Shown here: positions 10,317-20,237 of the stretch, piece after piece
How positions within the stretch are numbered: position 1 is the stretch's first letter
How the letters are laid out: each line of letters starts with the position of its first letter
Source of the DNA: Escherichia coli
GTDB taxonomy: Bacteria; Pseudomonadota; Gammaproteobacteria; Enterobacterales; Enterobacteriaceae
DNA: 64,000 nucleotides
NCBI RefSeq assembly: GCF_003334385.1
Contig: NZ_QOWN01000007.1
Direction: 5' to 3' (one strand)
Made by a program: the position numbers and the translations under genes
Notes under the pieces: model-generated
The model's database searches: none
Seen by the model: the letters and a program-made list of their open reading frames with translations, nothing else
What the model was told of the DNA's origin: nothing

Positions 10317-11401
10317 TACTGGCGGCCCTCATAGTTCTGTTCAATCCACGATTGATAGGCACCACTTTTCACATTCTCGACCCATTTTGCATTAGCCAGG
10401 TACCATTCCACCGTTTTACGAATCCCACTCTCAAACGTTTCCTGCGGTTTCCAGCCCAATTCGCGGCTAATCTTCTCTGCATCAATCGCATAACGGCGAT
10501 CGTGTCCCGGGCGATCGGCAACATAAGTAATTTGCTCGCGGTAAGATTTCTCTTTCGGTACAATCTCATCCAACAAATCACAAATAGTGAGCACTACATC
10601 GATGTTTTTCTTTTCGTTGTGTCCACCAATGTTATAAGTTTCACCCGCTTTACCTTCAGTAACGACTGTATATAACGCTCGAGCATGATCCTCGACATAC
10701 AACCAATCGCGAATTTGATCCCCTTTACCATAAATAGGTAATGCTTTACCTTCCAGAGCATTCAGAATAACCAATGGAATCAATTTTTCCGGGAAATGAT
10801 AAGGACCATAATTGTTAGAGCAGTTAGTCACAATGGTCGGTAAACCATAGGTTCGTTTCCACGCGCGGACTAAATGATCGCTTGATGCTTTCGAAGCAGA
10901 ATATGGGCTACTTGGTGCGTAAGCTGTTGTCTCAGTAAATAAGGGTAATTCTTCTTTATTATTTACTTCGTCAGGATGAGGCAGATCGCCATAAACTTCG
11001 TCAGTAGAAATATGATGAAAACGGAAGCTATTTTTCTTGTCGCCATCAAGAGCAGACCAGTAATTGCGAGCCGCTTCCAAAAGGACATAAGTACCAACAA
11101 TATTGGTTTCAATAAATGCCGCAGGGCCTGTAATTGAACGATCCACATGGCTTTCAGCAGCCAAGTGCATCACTGCATCCGGCTGATGCTGAGCAAAAAT
11201 CCGTGCCATTGCAGCAGCATCGCAAATATCCGCATGTTCAAAAACATAGCGTTCAGAGTCAGAAACATCAGCAAGTGATTCCAGGTTTCCGGCGTACGTT
11301 AATTTATCGACATTAACAACACTATCCTGAGTATTATTTATAATGTGACGAACTACAGCAGAACCAATAAATCCTGCGCCACCAGTAACAAGTATTTTCA
11401 C
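10316..11401 (-). CDS. rmlB: dTDP-glucose 4,6-dehydratase
   Basis: 361 aa. [14 protein letters not shown]...[15 protein letters not shown]. First gene downstream of the JUMPstart. Confidence 0.95.
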   Translation of the reverse strand: MKILVTGGAGFIGSAVVRHIINNTQDSVVNVDKLTYAGNLESLADVSDSERYVFEHADICDAAAMARIFAQHQPDAVMHLAAESHVDRSITGPAAFIETNIVGTYVLLEAARNYWSALDGDKKNSFRFHHISTDEVYGDLPHPDEVNNKEELPLFTETTAYAPSSPYSASKASSDHLVRAWKRTYGLPTIVTNCSNNYGPYHFPEKLIPLVILNALEGKALPIYGKGDQIRDWLYVEDHARALYTVVTEGKAGETYNIGGHNEKKNIDVVLTICDLLDEIVPKEKSYREQITYVADRPGHDRRYAIDAEKISRELGWKPQETFESGIRKTVEWYLANAKWVENVKSGAYQSWIEQNYEGRQ

Positions 11402-11477
11402 TTAATTTATTCCATATTACTTCAGAGCATGCTGTGAAATAAGCGGCTCTCAGTTTGATTAATAGAGGTATTAATGC

Positions 11478-11516
11478 ACGCTACCGCCCCTGGCTTTACA
11501 GCTACCAGAGCACTGC
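11478..11516 (-). promoter_or_regulatory. JUMPstart element containing the ops site (RfaH-dependent antitermination) upstream of the O-antigen operon
   Basis: The minus strand reads CAGTGCTCTGGTAGCTGTAAAGCCAGGGGCGGTAGCGTG. The 3' GGCGGTAGCGTG (11478-11489) matches the ops consensus GGCGGTAGnnTG. It lies in the galF-rmlB gap. Confidence 0.85.
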
Positions 11517-11773
11517 ATGCATGCCTACGATGTGACGAGCGTTACCCACTCGCGCTTAACCCGAAAAATTCAAACGCTAATTGTCTTACCAATCCGCCCT
11601 GGAAACAAGGAAAATCCTGGAAAACTTTGACTAAAATCCTATTGCTAACTCGTTGTTATTCTGATTGTTTATATAAAACAACGGCAGGAATATTCGCAAC
11701 AAATTACTTTCGCCACGAATCTTCACTGCCGTTATAATTTTCTTATCAACCGTTACATTCGGTCAGATTTTCA

Positions 11774-12667
11774 TTATTCGCTTAACAGCTTCTCAATACC
11801 CTTACGGAACTTCGCCCCTTCTTTGAGGTTGCGTAGTCCATACTTCACAAACGCCTGCATATAACCCATTTTTTTACCGCAGTCGTAGCTGTCACCAGTC
11901 ATCAGCATTGCATCAACAGACTGTTTTTTCGCCAGTTCGGCAATGGCATCTGTCAGTTGGATACGTCCCCATGCACCTGGCTGAGTGCGTTCAAGTTCCG
12001 GCCAAATATCTGCAGAAAGCACATAGCGACCAACGGCCATGATGTCTGAGTCCAGCGTCTGCGGCTGATCCGGTTTTTCGATAAATTCAACAATGCGGCT
12101 GACTTTGCCTTCGCGATCCAGCGGTTCTTTGGTCTGAATGACGGAGTATTCAGAGAGATCGCCCGGCATACGTTTTGCCAGCACCTGGCTGCGTCCCGTT
12201 TCGTTGAAGCGCGCAATCATGGCTGCAAGGTTGTAGCGCAGCGGGTCGGCGCTGGCATCGTCGATCACAACGTCTGGCAGCACCACGACAAATGGGTTGT
12301 CACCAATGGCGGGTCGTGCACACAAAATGGAGTGGCCTAAACCTAAAGGTTCGCCCTGACGCACGTTCATAATGGTCACGCCCGGTGGACAGATGGACTG
12401 CACTTCCGCAAGCAGTTGACGCTTCACGCGCTGCTCAAGGAGAGATTCTAATTCATATGAGGTGTCGAAGTGGTTTTCGACCGCGTTCTTGGACGCGTGA
12501 GTTACCAGGAGGATTTCTTTGATCCCTGCAGCCACAATCTCGTCAACAATGTACTGAATCATTGGCTTGTCGACGATCGGTAGCATCTCTTTGGGAATCG
12601 CCTTAGTGGCAGGCAACATATGCATCCCAAGACCCGCTACAGGAATAACTGCTTTTAAATTCGTCAT
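11774..12667 (-). CDS. galF: UTP-glucose-1-phosphate uridylyltransferase-like regulatory subunit GalF
   Basis: The track ORF extends to 12679. The recognised GalF N-terminus [32 protein letters not shown] starts at 12667 (297 aa). Confidence 0.95.
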   Translation of the reverse strand: MTNLKAVIPVAGLGMHMLPATKAIPKEMLPIVDKPMIQYIVDEIVAAGIKEILLVTHASKNAVENHFDTSYELESLLEQRVKRQLLAEVQSICPPGVTIMNVRQGEPLGLGHSILCARPAIGDNPFVVVLPDVVIDDASADPLRYNLAAMIARFNETGRSQVLAKRMPGDLSEYSVIQTKEPLDREGKVSRIVEFIEKPDQPQTLDSDIMAVGRYVLSADIWPELERTQPGAWGRIQLTDAIAELAKKQSVDAMLMTGDSYDCGKKMGYMQAFVKYGLRNLKEGAKFRKGIEKLLSE

Positions 12668-12841
12668 TATTTCATCCACCTGTAAAATGGTTGCTGAATT
12701 ATAACTTGTTCGATTTTTTTCGCCAGCATCAATTACCCTGAATTGATTACTGAATTACTTGTGATGTTACGCCGCTTCGTTGTGGATTGCAGTAGCATTG
12801 TTCCTAAGTATGGCTCCATTTTTCCAGGAATGGTCGCAAAT

Positions 12842-14236
12842 CTACTCCCTCCGTTCCGGCAATCTAAAGTTAATCTTTTCCACATTAACAATATGGTGAT
12901 TTATCCTGTCGATATCGACGGAGCTTTGCCCTTTTTCATTCACCGCATGAACATTTGCAAGTGACAGCAGTGTTTCTTTTTTCGCCATAAAGACGCCGCG
13001 AACGTCTTTGCGCATGTCGAAGTTCATGCTCAATGCTGGTCCAACTGAGGATTCCTGCATCACCTTGATATTTCGCATAAAAAGATGTTGCGGTTTGTTG
13101 TGTAACTCCAGCGACGCACGCTTCATCTCAATGTTAGTCAGCGCCACAAAGGAGACAGCATTCCCGGCAGAGATTTGGATACCGCGCAATTTATAAGCAA
13201 GATGGGTGTTATCCATTTGAATATTATTCACTCGGAAATTTTGCGGTATCGAGAGATATTTGCCTTTAATTACCCCATAGCCGATTAACATCCCAGCGCT
13301 ATTAATCATTTCAATATTATCAATCACGAAATTGTCACAACCGTAAATAGCGACCGTCGCGTTATCAATACCTGCTTTCTTACTGAAATCCGGCGTGATA
13401 TTGCGGGCTTTGATATTACGAATAACAAAATGTTTACCATTTTCAACATGGATCAACTGCCGACAATCCGATCCCGTGATATTCGCCACGACAAAGTTTT
13501 TCACTGCCTGGTCTTCCGGGTAGTTATTATCATAAGTACTCCCCGCAAGGCCTATGCCGATGCCCCAGTTGATTTTGCCGTTAGTACAGTTGATGCGCTC
13601 GATGACATGGTCAGATATCAAAATATCATGGTCGTTAATCGCCACGTTCCATTCAATAGCGTCCCCCTGTAAGTCGCTGAACTTACAATTGGTGATGTTG
13701 GCACCGATAATCTGGTTATGAAATCCCTGGCGTAAGATGGCGTAATTAGCGTGGCTAACGGTGAGGTTATCGATGATCAGGTTGCGCATGACCCGTTTGT
13801 TTTTGCCACCAATATAAATCTGCGTTACCGGGCCAAAGCCGCTCATCGCCAGCCCTTTGATGGTGCAGTCAGAGCCGCGCACATCCAGGGTGATGTTATG
13901 CATACTGCCGCCCTTCTCCCCTGTCACCTGGCTGCCGTCCTGTAAGACAAATCGCCCTCTGCCGTTGCCGCGCAGGCTTCCAAGGATGTGTAACGTTTTG
14001 CCAGGAGGAATGAAGATGCCGGTGTTGATATTGTCACAAACGAATCCAGCAGGCACGACGACCGTTTGCCCTTCGCTGAAGGCTTGTTTAAATGAGGCGA
14101 TCCAGTCGTGAGGGGTGTAGTCGTTAATGTTAACGCTTTGTCGGGCGGGAAGCGCGCGGGCGAAAGGGGTATGGAGGAAGGCAAGCGCGGAGCTTGCCGT
14201 CAGGAAGGTGCGTCGGGAGAGTTTTTTAAATGGCAT
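12842..14236 (-). CDS. wcaM: Colanic acid biosynthesis protein WcaM (Tat-signal, beta-helix-like repeats)
   Basis: 464 aa. N-terminus [28 protein letters not shown] carries a twin-arginine motif. Recognisable WcaM sequence. Confidence 0.93.
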   Translation of the reverse strand: MPFKKLSRRTFLTASSALAFLHTPFARALPARQSVNINDYTPHDWIASFKQAFSEGQTVVVPAGFVCDNINTGIFIPPGKTLHILGSLRGNGRGRFVLQDGSQVTGEKGGSMHNITLDVRGSDCTIKGLAMSGFGPVTQIYIGGKNKRVMRNLIIDNLTVSHANYAILRQGFHNQIIGANITNCKFSDLQGDAIEWNVAINDHDILISDHVIERINCTNGKINWGIGIGLAGSTYDNNYPEDQAVKNFVVANITGSDCRQLIHVENGKHFVIRNIKARNITPDFSKKAGIDNATVAIYGCDNFVIDNIEMINSAGMLIGYGVIKGKYLSIPQNFRVNNIQMDNTHLAYKLRGIQISAGNAVSFVALTNIEMKRASLELHNKPQHLFMRNIKVMQESSVGPALSMNFDMRKDVRGVFMAKKETLLSLANVHAVNEKGQSSVDIDRINHHIVNVEKINFRLPERRE

Positions 14237-14246
14237 ACGTTCTCCT

Positions 14247-15467
14247 CTATAAAGCTTGCAGCAAGCTGGCGAGTTCTCGATTGATCACCTGCTGGTTAAA
14301 ATCGTGTTCGACTTTTTCGCGAGCACGTTTGACGACAGGAGCCAGTTCGTCGGTGTCCAGTTGGCTAAACGCCGCCAGTCGTTGCGCCAATGCGCGAGCA
14401 TCGTTCTCAGGCACCAGCCAGCCGGATTTATCGGCCTCCACCAGTTCCGGTATTCCACTATGCAGAGTAGAAACCACCGGAATGCCGACCGCCATCGCTT
14501 CCATTAGCGCCACCGGAATACCTTCCATATCGCCGTCCGCACCCGTTACCGAAGGCAGCAGGAAGACATCCGCGTCGTCGAGCATCGCTTTCACTTCATG
14601 GCTCGGTTTAAAACCCGGCATCTCCACCACATCTTCCAGTTGATATTGTTCGATAAGCGTGCGCAGGCGTCGTTCCCACGGGCCAATGCCGAGAATGCGA
14701 TAGCGAAATGCCACGCCCTGCTCTTTCAACTGACGGCAGGCTTCAATCGCCACATGCAGACCTTTTTTCTCGGTTAAGCGTGCGACGGAAATGATTTCCA
14801 GCGGCGTTGCAGGCGCTTTCACCGGACGCGGGCTAAAGCGCGTCATGTCCACACCCATACGCGATACGGCAATTTTTTCCCTCGGGCAGCCCATTTTTTG
14901 CAGCCTTCCGGCCCACAAATCGCTTATCGGTAACATCAGATCGCCACGGCGAAACAGTTGCTGATATTCGGGAGTGTAATGGTTGAGCACTTCCCGACTG
15001 GAAATATCAATGCCGTGGAAAATAGTGGCAATTTTGCCGCGAATGACACCCAGTTCGCGTAGTTTTGCTGCGGTTACCCCCGCAGGGCCAAAATGAGCGA
15101 TGAACACATCGGCGCGAAACGGTGTTGCGACCTGACCACAAATGGCAGACAAAATCAGGTTCCGCGACTCGGCACCATAGCGTTTGAGGTTGAGCGCCTG
15201 CCAGGTATTTTTACGATGAATGCCGCGTAAGGTCTGGCTGGCGCGGTGGCGCAGTTTCGCAACTTTGCCTTGTGGTTCGTCCTGTAACCAGCGGGTTCTG
15301 GCAGCAAGGTTGTATTTCGTCCATGCCGCGTGGGTGTTCTGGGTGTCGCCTTTTTGCAGCGCGACAATCTCCACCTCAAAGCCCATATCAATAAACGCGG
15401 TAATTTGATTGAGGACGAAGGTTTCCGAAGACAGCGGAAATTTCAGTAAAAAGAAGCCGACCTTCAT
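14247..15467 (-). CDS. wcaL: Colanic acid glycosyltransferase WcaL (GT4)
   Basis: 406 aa. GT4 E-x7-E region [17 protein letters not shown]. Position in the wca operon. Confidence 0.95.
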   Translation of the reverse strand: MKVGFFLLKFPLSSETFVLNQITAFIDMGFEVEIVALQKGDTQNTHAAWTKYNLAARTRWLQDEPQGKVAKLRHRASQTLRGIHRKNTWQALNLKRYGAESRNLILSAICGQVATPFRADVFIAHFGPAGVTAAKLRELGVIRGKIATIFHGIDISSREVLNHYTPEYQQLFRRGDLMLPISDLWAGRLQKMGCPREKIAVSRMGVDMTRFSPRPVKAPATPLEIISVARLTEKKGLHVAIEACRQLKEQGVAFRYRILGIGPWERRLRTLIEQYQLEDVVEMPGFKPSHEVKAMLDDADVFLLPSVTGADGDMEGIPVALMEAMAVGIPVVSTLHSGIPELVEADKSGWLVPENDARALAQRLAAFSQLDTDELAPVVKRAREKVEHDFNQQVINRELASLLQAL

Positions 15468-16744
15468 TTCACCTCCCCGATGCGCTCAAGCACAGATTGC
15501 ACCATCTGCATTCCCGTCTGACGCTCACGACTGACGGCTTCGCTAAGTCGTGCGTTCAGCGCCGGAAGCTGGCCTAAGGTATCCGCAACCATCGCTTGCA
15601 GGCTGCCGTCTAATAAATGACGGATATCAATTGCCATCTCCGGTAGTCCCAGCTGCTGCATAATCCCGGCGGATTTATGTTCATAGTTGATGGCAATCGC
15701 CGGAGTAGCAAAGTTCATTGAGATAATGGCGGAGTGCAGGCGCGTACCGACGGTGAGTTCACAGGCCCCCAGAATTTTGCCCATTTCCAGATCGTTGAGT
15801 TCATCCATCACTACGTGGTAACGGGCAGGATCGCTGATGTGCTGACGCAAGTTGAGCGCCACCATGCGGTCGTCTTTGTTATAGCTGTCGATGCCCGTAC
15901 AGGTGGAGAGCGCAATCACCTGATAGCCTTCGTCGAGAATGCGATTGACCACCCCGGCAAAGGCTTTTTCATACGCTTGCTGAGTGGTGCCGAGACGTTT
16001 GTCGAACGGTGCCAGTTCGCGCAGGGTAATTGCCACCGTTTTCTGTTGTGCGGCAACGTCCAGCCAGTGTTGAACGGCATAGCTGGCAGTGAAGTCTTCG
16101 GTGTGGTGATCGACCAGCCACGCAGTATCGACGCCATGTTCCACTTTTGCAGTGGTGATATTGCTGCGTTTCATCAGATCAAGGCTGACCGATTCGCGCA
16201 GGATCAGCGCGTCACAGTGACCAAAAACGTAGTTCGCCAGTTGGTTAAATTGCTCATCCTGGAAGGGACCGACGCTGTGACCAATCATAAACAGCGGCTT
16301 TTTCGCCATAAACGTGCAAAGTGCATGTTCAAACTGCGGCACGCCATAGAGATCGACAAAAAACGATCCGCCGACCTGGATAATGGCATCGTAACCTGAC
16401 AGTAGGCGCACGAAGTCAGTGAATCCCTGGGCGATGGCAATATTGCGCAGCTTGCCAGTGTCGGTGACGCGCGAGAGCAATACCTGGTGTTGATAGCGGC
16501 GACGGAGGACTTTTTTAACGCGCCCGACAACGCCCGCCGCGCTGTTGTGTTGTTTCATTTGAAGGAACAGCGGATCGCCCATTACCGGGCGGTTGAGCAG
16601 CCAGGAAGAACTGACCGGATAGCGGCTCATCACGTCCACTTCGGTATGTGGATTGAGGATGTTGATGGCATCAAGTAAGCCGCGCAAGATGGCGCTGTCG
16701 CCACGATTGCCGCAAGTGTGGTTGCCCAGAATAAGTAATTTCAT
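15464..16744 (-). CDS. wcaK: Colanic acid pyruvyl transferase WcaK
   Basis: 426 aa. MKLLILGNHTCGNRGDSAILRGL, the polysaccharide pyruvyl transferase family N-terminus. Confidence 0.95.
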   Translation of the reverse strand: MKLLILGNHTCGNRGDSAILRGLLDAINILNPHTEVDVMSRYPVSSSWLLNRPVMGDPLFLQMKQHNSAAGVVGRVKKVLRRRYQHQVLLSRVTDTGKLRNIAIAQGFTDFVRLLSGYDAIIQVGGSFFVDLYGVPQFEHALCTFMAKKPLFMIGHSVGPFQDEQFNQLANYVFGHCDALILRESVSLDLMKRSNITTAKVEHGVDTAWLVDHHTEDFTASYAVQHWLDVAAQQKTVAITLRELAPFDKRLGTTQQAYEKAFAGVVNRILDEGYQVIALSTCTGIDSYNKDDRMVALNLRQHISDPARYHVVMDELNDLEMGKILGACELTVGTRLHSAIISMNFATPAIAINYEHKSAGIMQQLGLPEMAIDIRHLLDGSLQAMVADTLGQLPALNARLSEAVSRERQTGMQMVQSVLERIGEVK

Positions 16745-16805
16745 TTTTTCCTCATAAATTTGATGCCAGGTGAGGCTGTGTTTGTTGTGTTCGTTGCCGT
16801 TTTTT

Positions 16806-17281
16806 GCCTGATGCGACGCTGGCGCGTCTTATCAGGCCTACAAGACCCGAGCACAGAACCGTAGGCCGGATAAGGCGTTCACGCCGCATCCGGCATTCAG
16901 TGCCTGATGCGACGCTGACGCGTCTTATCAGGCCTACAGGTCCCGAGCACAGAACCGTAGGATGGATAAGGCGTTCACGCCGCATCCGGCATTCAGTGCC
17001 TGATGCGACGCTGGCGCGTCTTATCAGGCCTACAAGACCCGAGCACAGAACCGTAGGCCGGATAAGGCGTTTTACGCCGCATCCGGCATTCAGTGCCTGA
17101 TGCGACGCTGGCGCGTCTTATCGGGCCTACAAGATCCAAGCCCTGAACCGTAGGCCGGATAAGGCGTTCACGCCGCATCCGGCATTCAGTGCCTGATGCG
17201 ACGCTGACGCGTCTTATCAGGCCTACAGGTCCCGAGCACAGAACCGTAGGATGGATAAGGCGTTTTACGCTGCACCCGGCA
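16806..17281. repeat. BIME array: five tandem units of about 96 bp, each a pair of inverted REP sequences
   Basis: GCCTGATGCGACGCTG(G/A)CGCGTCTTATCAGGCCTAC starts at 16806, 16902, 16998, 17095 and 17191. Each copy is followed by GTAGG(CC/AT)GGATAAGGCGTT(C/T)ACGCCGCATCCGGCA in the opposite orientation. Confidence 0.9.
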
Positions 17282-17308
17282 ACCGTTGTCGGAACCGAAA
17301 ACAACAAC

Positions 17309-18787
17309 TCACCCCGCCCGTAAAAGCATTTTCATTTTTTCGCTGCGACAAAACTGACGCTTCACTTCCACCACCAGCGGATGGCGCGACAGCACAATCA
17401 TCACCACAAACGCCAGCACGCCCGCGGCTATTTGCACCGCCAGCAGCATCCCCAGCGCCAGTTGCCCTTTCAGCACAATGCCCAGCACATAACTGACCAC
17501 CAGCGTCGGCAGCGAGAGATAAAACGGCAGCCACAAACTCAGGATGTACTGGCGATAACTGGAACCAAGAACCGGTTTAATCATCACGAAGTAACTCAGA
17601 ATGGTGTTGATAATCTGCACCAGCAGGAAACCGAGCGTGACGCCGATTGCGCCCGCCATCTGCCCACCAATAACAATCGCCGGAATAAACAGAAATGTTT
17701 TGAATACGTTGAATTTAAAGCTGATGTCGACCCGCGCTTTCGCCATCAGTAGCGAACCAATCGGGTTACCCACCGAACGCAGCAGACCCACCACACACAG
17801 CAATTGCAGCACCGGAATAATGCTGTTCCACTTCTCACCAAAGACCAGCGGTACAAAGTTATTTGACACCACCATCAGCCCCAGCAGCGCCGGAAAGTTG
17901 ATAATCCCCACCACCGACAGCAGCTTGTAGAAGTTGACGCGCAGCTTTTCGGTATCGTCCTGAATTTTGGCGAATGCCGGAAACAACACGCGGGTGATGA
18001 TCGGGTTCAGCTTCATCGGCGGCACAACGGCCACGTTGTACGCCAGGTTGTATCCCCCGGCCACGCCCGCGCCGAGAATACGCGCCAGCACCAGCGTCGA
18101 AAGGTTGGTGTTGAGATAGTTGATGATGCTGTCCGCCGTCAGCCAGGCACCAAAGCGTAAGTTCGGTGCCACCGACGCCAGCGAGAAATGCAGACCGGGG
18201 CGATAAATTTTGCGGCCAAAGTAGCCAAACAGCAGCGTTCTCACCGCACTATTGACCAGATAACCGAGGATCGCGGTCATCGCCAGCGGCCAGAAATGGG
18301 CGCTAACCACCGTAAAAGTGAAGCCCGCCAGTACCGCGCTGGTTTCGATCATGCCGATTTTGTTGAACTCCAGCTCCTTCTGCATCAACGCGCGGAACTG
18401 TTGCCCGTGGGGGATCACCACAAACGCCAGCGACAATGTTTTAATCAACGGTGCCAGGTCCGGGTTATTCAGCACGTCGCCGATGAGATCACTCAACAAA
18501 AACACCGCCACGCACACCACGATCCCCAGCCCGACGTTCAGCCAGTACAACGTGGTGAGTTCAAGGTGACTGATTTCTTTTCGCTGAATAATCGAGTTAG
18601 CGATACCAAAGTCAGAAAGCGTATCTGCCAGCGCGATGATCACCAGCGACACGGTAAGCAAACCGAACTGGTGGTTGTCGATAATCCGCGCCAGCACGGT
18701 CATCTGCACCAGCCCGAGGCCGATGATGATCACCGTGGCAATCGCCGACCACTTCGCGCCGCTGATGGTTTTTTCACGTAAGCTCAT
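17309..18787 (-). CDS. wzxC: Colanic acid repeat-unit flippase
   Basis: 492 aa polytopic MOP-family protein. MSLREKTISGAKWSAIATVIIIGLG... Position in the wca operon. Confidence 0.95.
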   Translation of the reverse strand: MSLREKTISGAKWSAIATVIIIGLGLVQMTVLARIIDNHQFGLLTVSLVIIALADTLSDFGIANSIIQRKEISHLELTTLYWLNVGLGIVVCVAVFLLSDLIGDVLNNPDLAPLIKTLSLAFVVIPHGQQFRALMQKELEFNKIGMIETSAVLAGFTFTVVSAHFWPLAMTAILGYLVNSAVRTLLFGYFGRKIYRPGLHFSLASVAPNLRFGAWLTADSIINYLNTNLSTLVLARILGAGVAGGYNLAYNVAVVPPMKLNPIITRVLFPAFAKIQDDTEKLRVNFYKLLSVVGIINFPALLGLMVVSNNFVPLVFGEKWNSIIPVLQLLCVVGLLRSVGNPIGSLLMAKARVDISFKFNVFKTFLFIPAIVIGGQMAGAIGVTLGFLLVQIINTILSYFVMIKPVLGSSYRQYILSLWLPFYLSLPTLVVSYVLGIVLKGQLALGMLLAVQIAAGVLAFVVMIVLSRHPLVVEVKRQFCRSEKMKMLLRAG

Positions 18788-18788
18788 A

Positions 18789-20183
18789 TCAATATGCCGC
18801 TTTGTTAACGAAGCCTTTGAATACCGTCAGGAAAACGATTTTGATATCGAACCAGACGCTCCATTCGCGGATGTACTCAAGGTCGAACTCGACGCGTTTT
18901 TCCATTTTCTCCAGCGTGTCGGTTTCGCCGCGCCAGCCGTTAATCTGCGCCCAGCCGGTAATGCCCGGTTTCACCTTATGACGCAGCATGTAGCCTTCAA
19001 TGAGCTGTCGATACTGTTCGTTATGCGCCACCGCGTGCGGACGTGGACCGACAATCGACATCCCCCCGGTCAGCACATTGATAAACTGCGGCAATTCATC
19101 CAGCGAGGTGCGGCGCAGAAAGTTCCCCACTTTGGTGACGCGCGGATCGTTCTGCGTCGCCTGGGTCACCACTTTGTCGTTCTCCATCACTTTCATGGAA
19201 CGGAACTTCCACACTTTGATCGGCTTGCCATCCATGCCGTAGCGAGTCTGGCGGAAAATAACCGGCCCAGGTGAACTGAGTTTCACCGCCAGCGCAATGC
19301 AGCACAGCACCGGGGAGATCAGCAGCAGGATAAGCGTCGCCAGCACAATGTCTTCCGCACGTTTGAGCAGGCGGTTAACCCCGGAAAGCGGCGTGTCGTA
19401 AAGCGGCACCACCGGAACGCCGTTCATCTCTTCAAGACGTGAATGGAGAATGTTGAAGGTAAAGACATCGGGGATCAGCAGCACCGAACAGGTGGTGTCC
19501 GCCAGTTGATGGACCAGTTTTTTCACTCGCGCGCCGTCGCACATTTGCATCGCGATATAGACGTTATGAATCTTGCCTGCTTTAGCATCCTCGACCAGCT
19601 GTTGCAGGTTACCCGCCCAGTCGTTAGAAACGCCGCCCGGTTTCGGGTCGTGGTAAACCCCCACCACTTCAAACCCTAACCACGGCTGATTACGGAAGCT
19701 CTCCATCAGCATTTGTCCGGCGGCTAAATCCCCCGCCACCGCGACCATGCGCTTGTTATAGCCATGATTACGCAGCCAGCCCGCCCCAATGCGAATACAC
19801 GAACGGCAAACCACCAGTCCGATGCTGGTCAGCCCATACCACGCCAGCCAGATTTTCAGTTGCGTGTCGAAATCATTGTTGAACGCCACCAGTCCGGCGC
19901 TGAAAATCACGCTTAACGTCCAGTTTTGTAGCAACAGGGCAAATTCTGTCGCTGCCCGAACACCGCGCCATGAGCGATAAAAATCGGTGATGCCGCCCAG
20001 CATCTGGAACACCACCAGCGTAATCAGCGCCACCAACAGGTGCATGTAGAGGAATGACAGTCCGCTGACTTCGCAAACCAGCCATAGCCCGGCAAACATG
20101 ATGGTGATATCTGAAAAGCGTTGCACCATAGAGATTAACGATGCATTGGTTTTCGCTCGCTCGCGCTTTTTTAGATTTGTCAT
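18789..20183 (-). CDS. wcaJ: UDP-glucose:undecaprenyl-phosphate glucose-1-phosphate transferase
   Basis: 464 aa. C-terminal polyisoprenyl-phosphate hexose-1-P transferase domain (DELPQFINVL...GPRP...KPGITGWAQINGWRGETD). Confidence 0.95.
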   Translation of the reverse strand: MTNLKKRERAKTNASLISMVQRFSDITIMFAGLWLVCEVSGLSFLYMHLLVALITLVVFQMLGGITDFYRSWRGVRAATEFALLLQNWTLSVIFSAGLVAFNNDFDTQLKIWLAWYGLTSIGLVVCRSCIRIGAGWLRNHGYNKRMVAVAGDLAAGQMLMESFRNQPWLGFEVVGVYHDPKPGGVSNDWAGNLQQLVEDAKAGKIHNVYIAMQMCDGARVKKLVHQLADTTCSVLLIPDVFTFNILHSRLEEMNGVPVVPLYDTPLSGVNRLLKRAEDIVLATLILLLISPVLCCIALAVKLSSPGPVIFRQTRYGMDGKPIKVWKFRSMKVMENDKVVTQATQNDPRVTKVGNFLRRTSLDELPQFINVLTGGMSIVGPRPHAVAHNEQYRQLIEGYMLRHKVKPGITGWAQINGWRGETDTLEKMEKRVEFDLEYIREWSVWFDIKIVFLTVFKGFVNKAAY

Positions 20184-20237
20184 CGTTGTTCCTGTTATTA
20201 GCCCCTTACCCGCAATGGGGTAAGGGAAGATCCGACA

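Noticed and set aside
11474-11737. An 87-aa + strand ORF in the galF-rmlB gap.
   Set aside because: It reads straight through the JUMPstart/ops element on the wrong strand. The region is a known untranslated leader.
16806-17281. A regular array of about 96-bp period that superficially resembles a CRISPR locus.
   Set aside because: The 'spacers' are themselves repeated. The repeats are canonical REP sequences in alternating orientation. No leader or cas genes are present.
16752-17307. Three track ORFs (77, 98 and 104 aa) with repetitive peptides such as RRIRHSVPDATLARLIRPT.
   Set aside because: They are translations of the REP/BIME palindromes on both strands. They have no start context, the repetition follows the DNA repeat period, and they lie in the wcaK-wzxC spacer.
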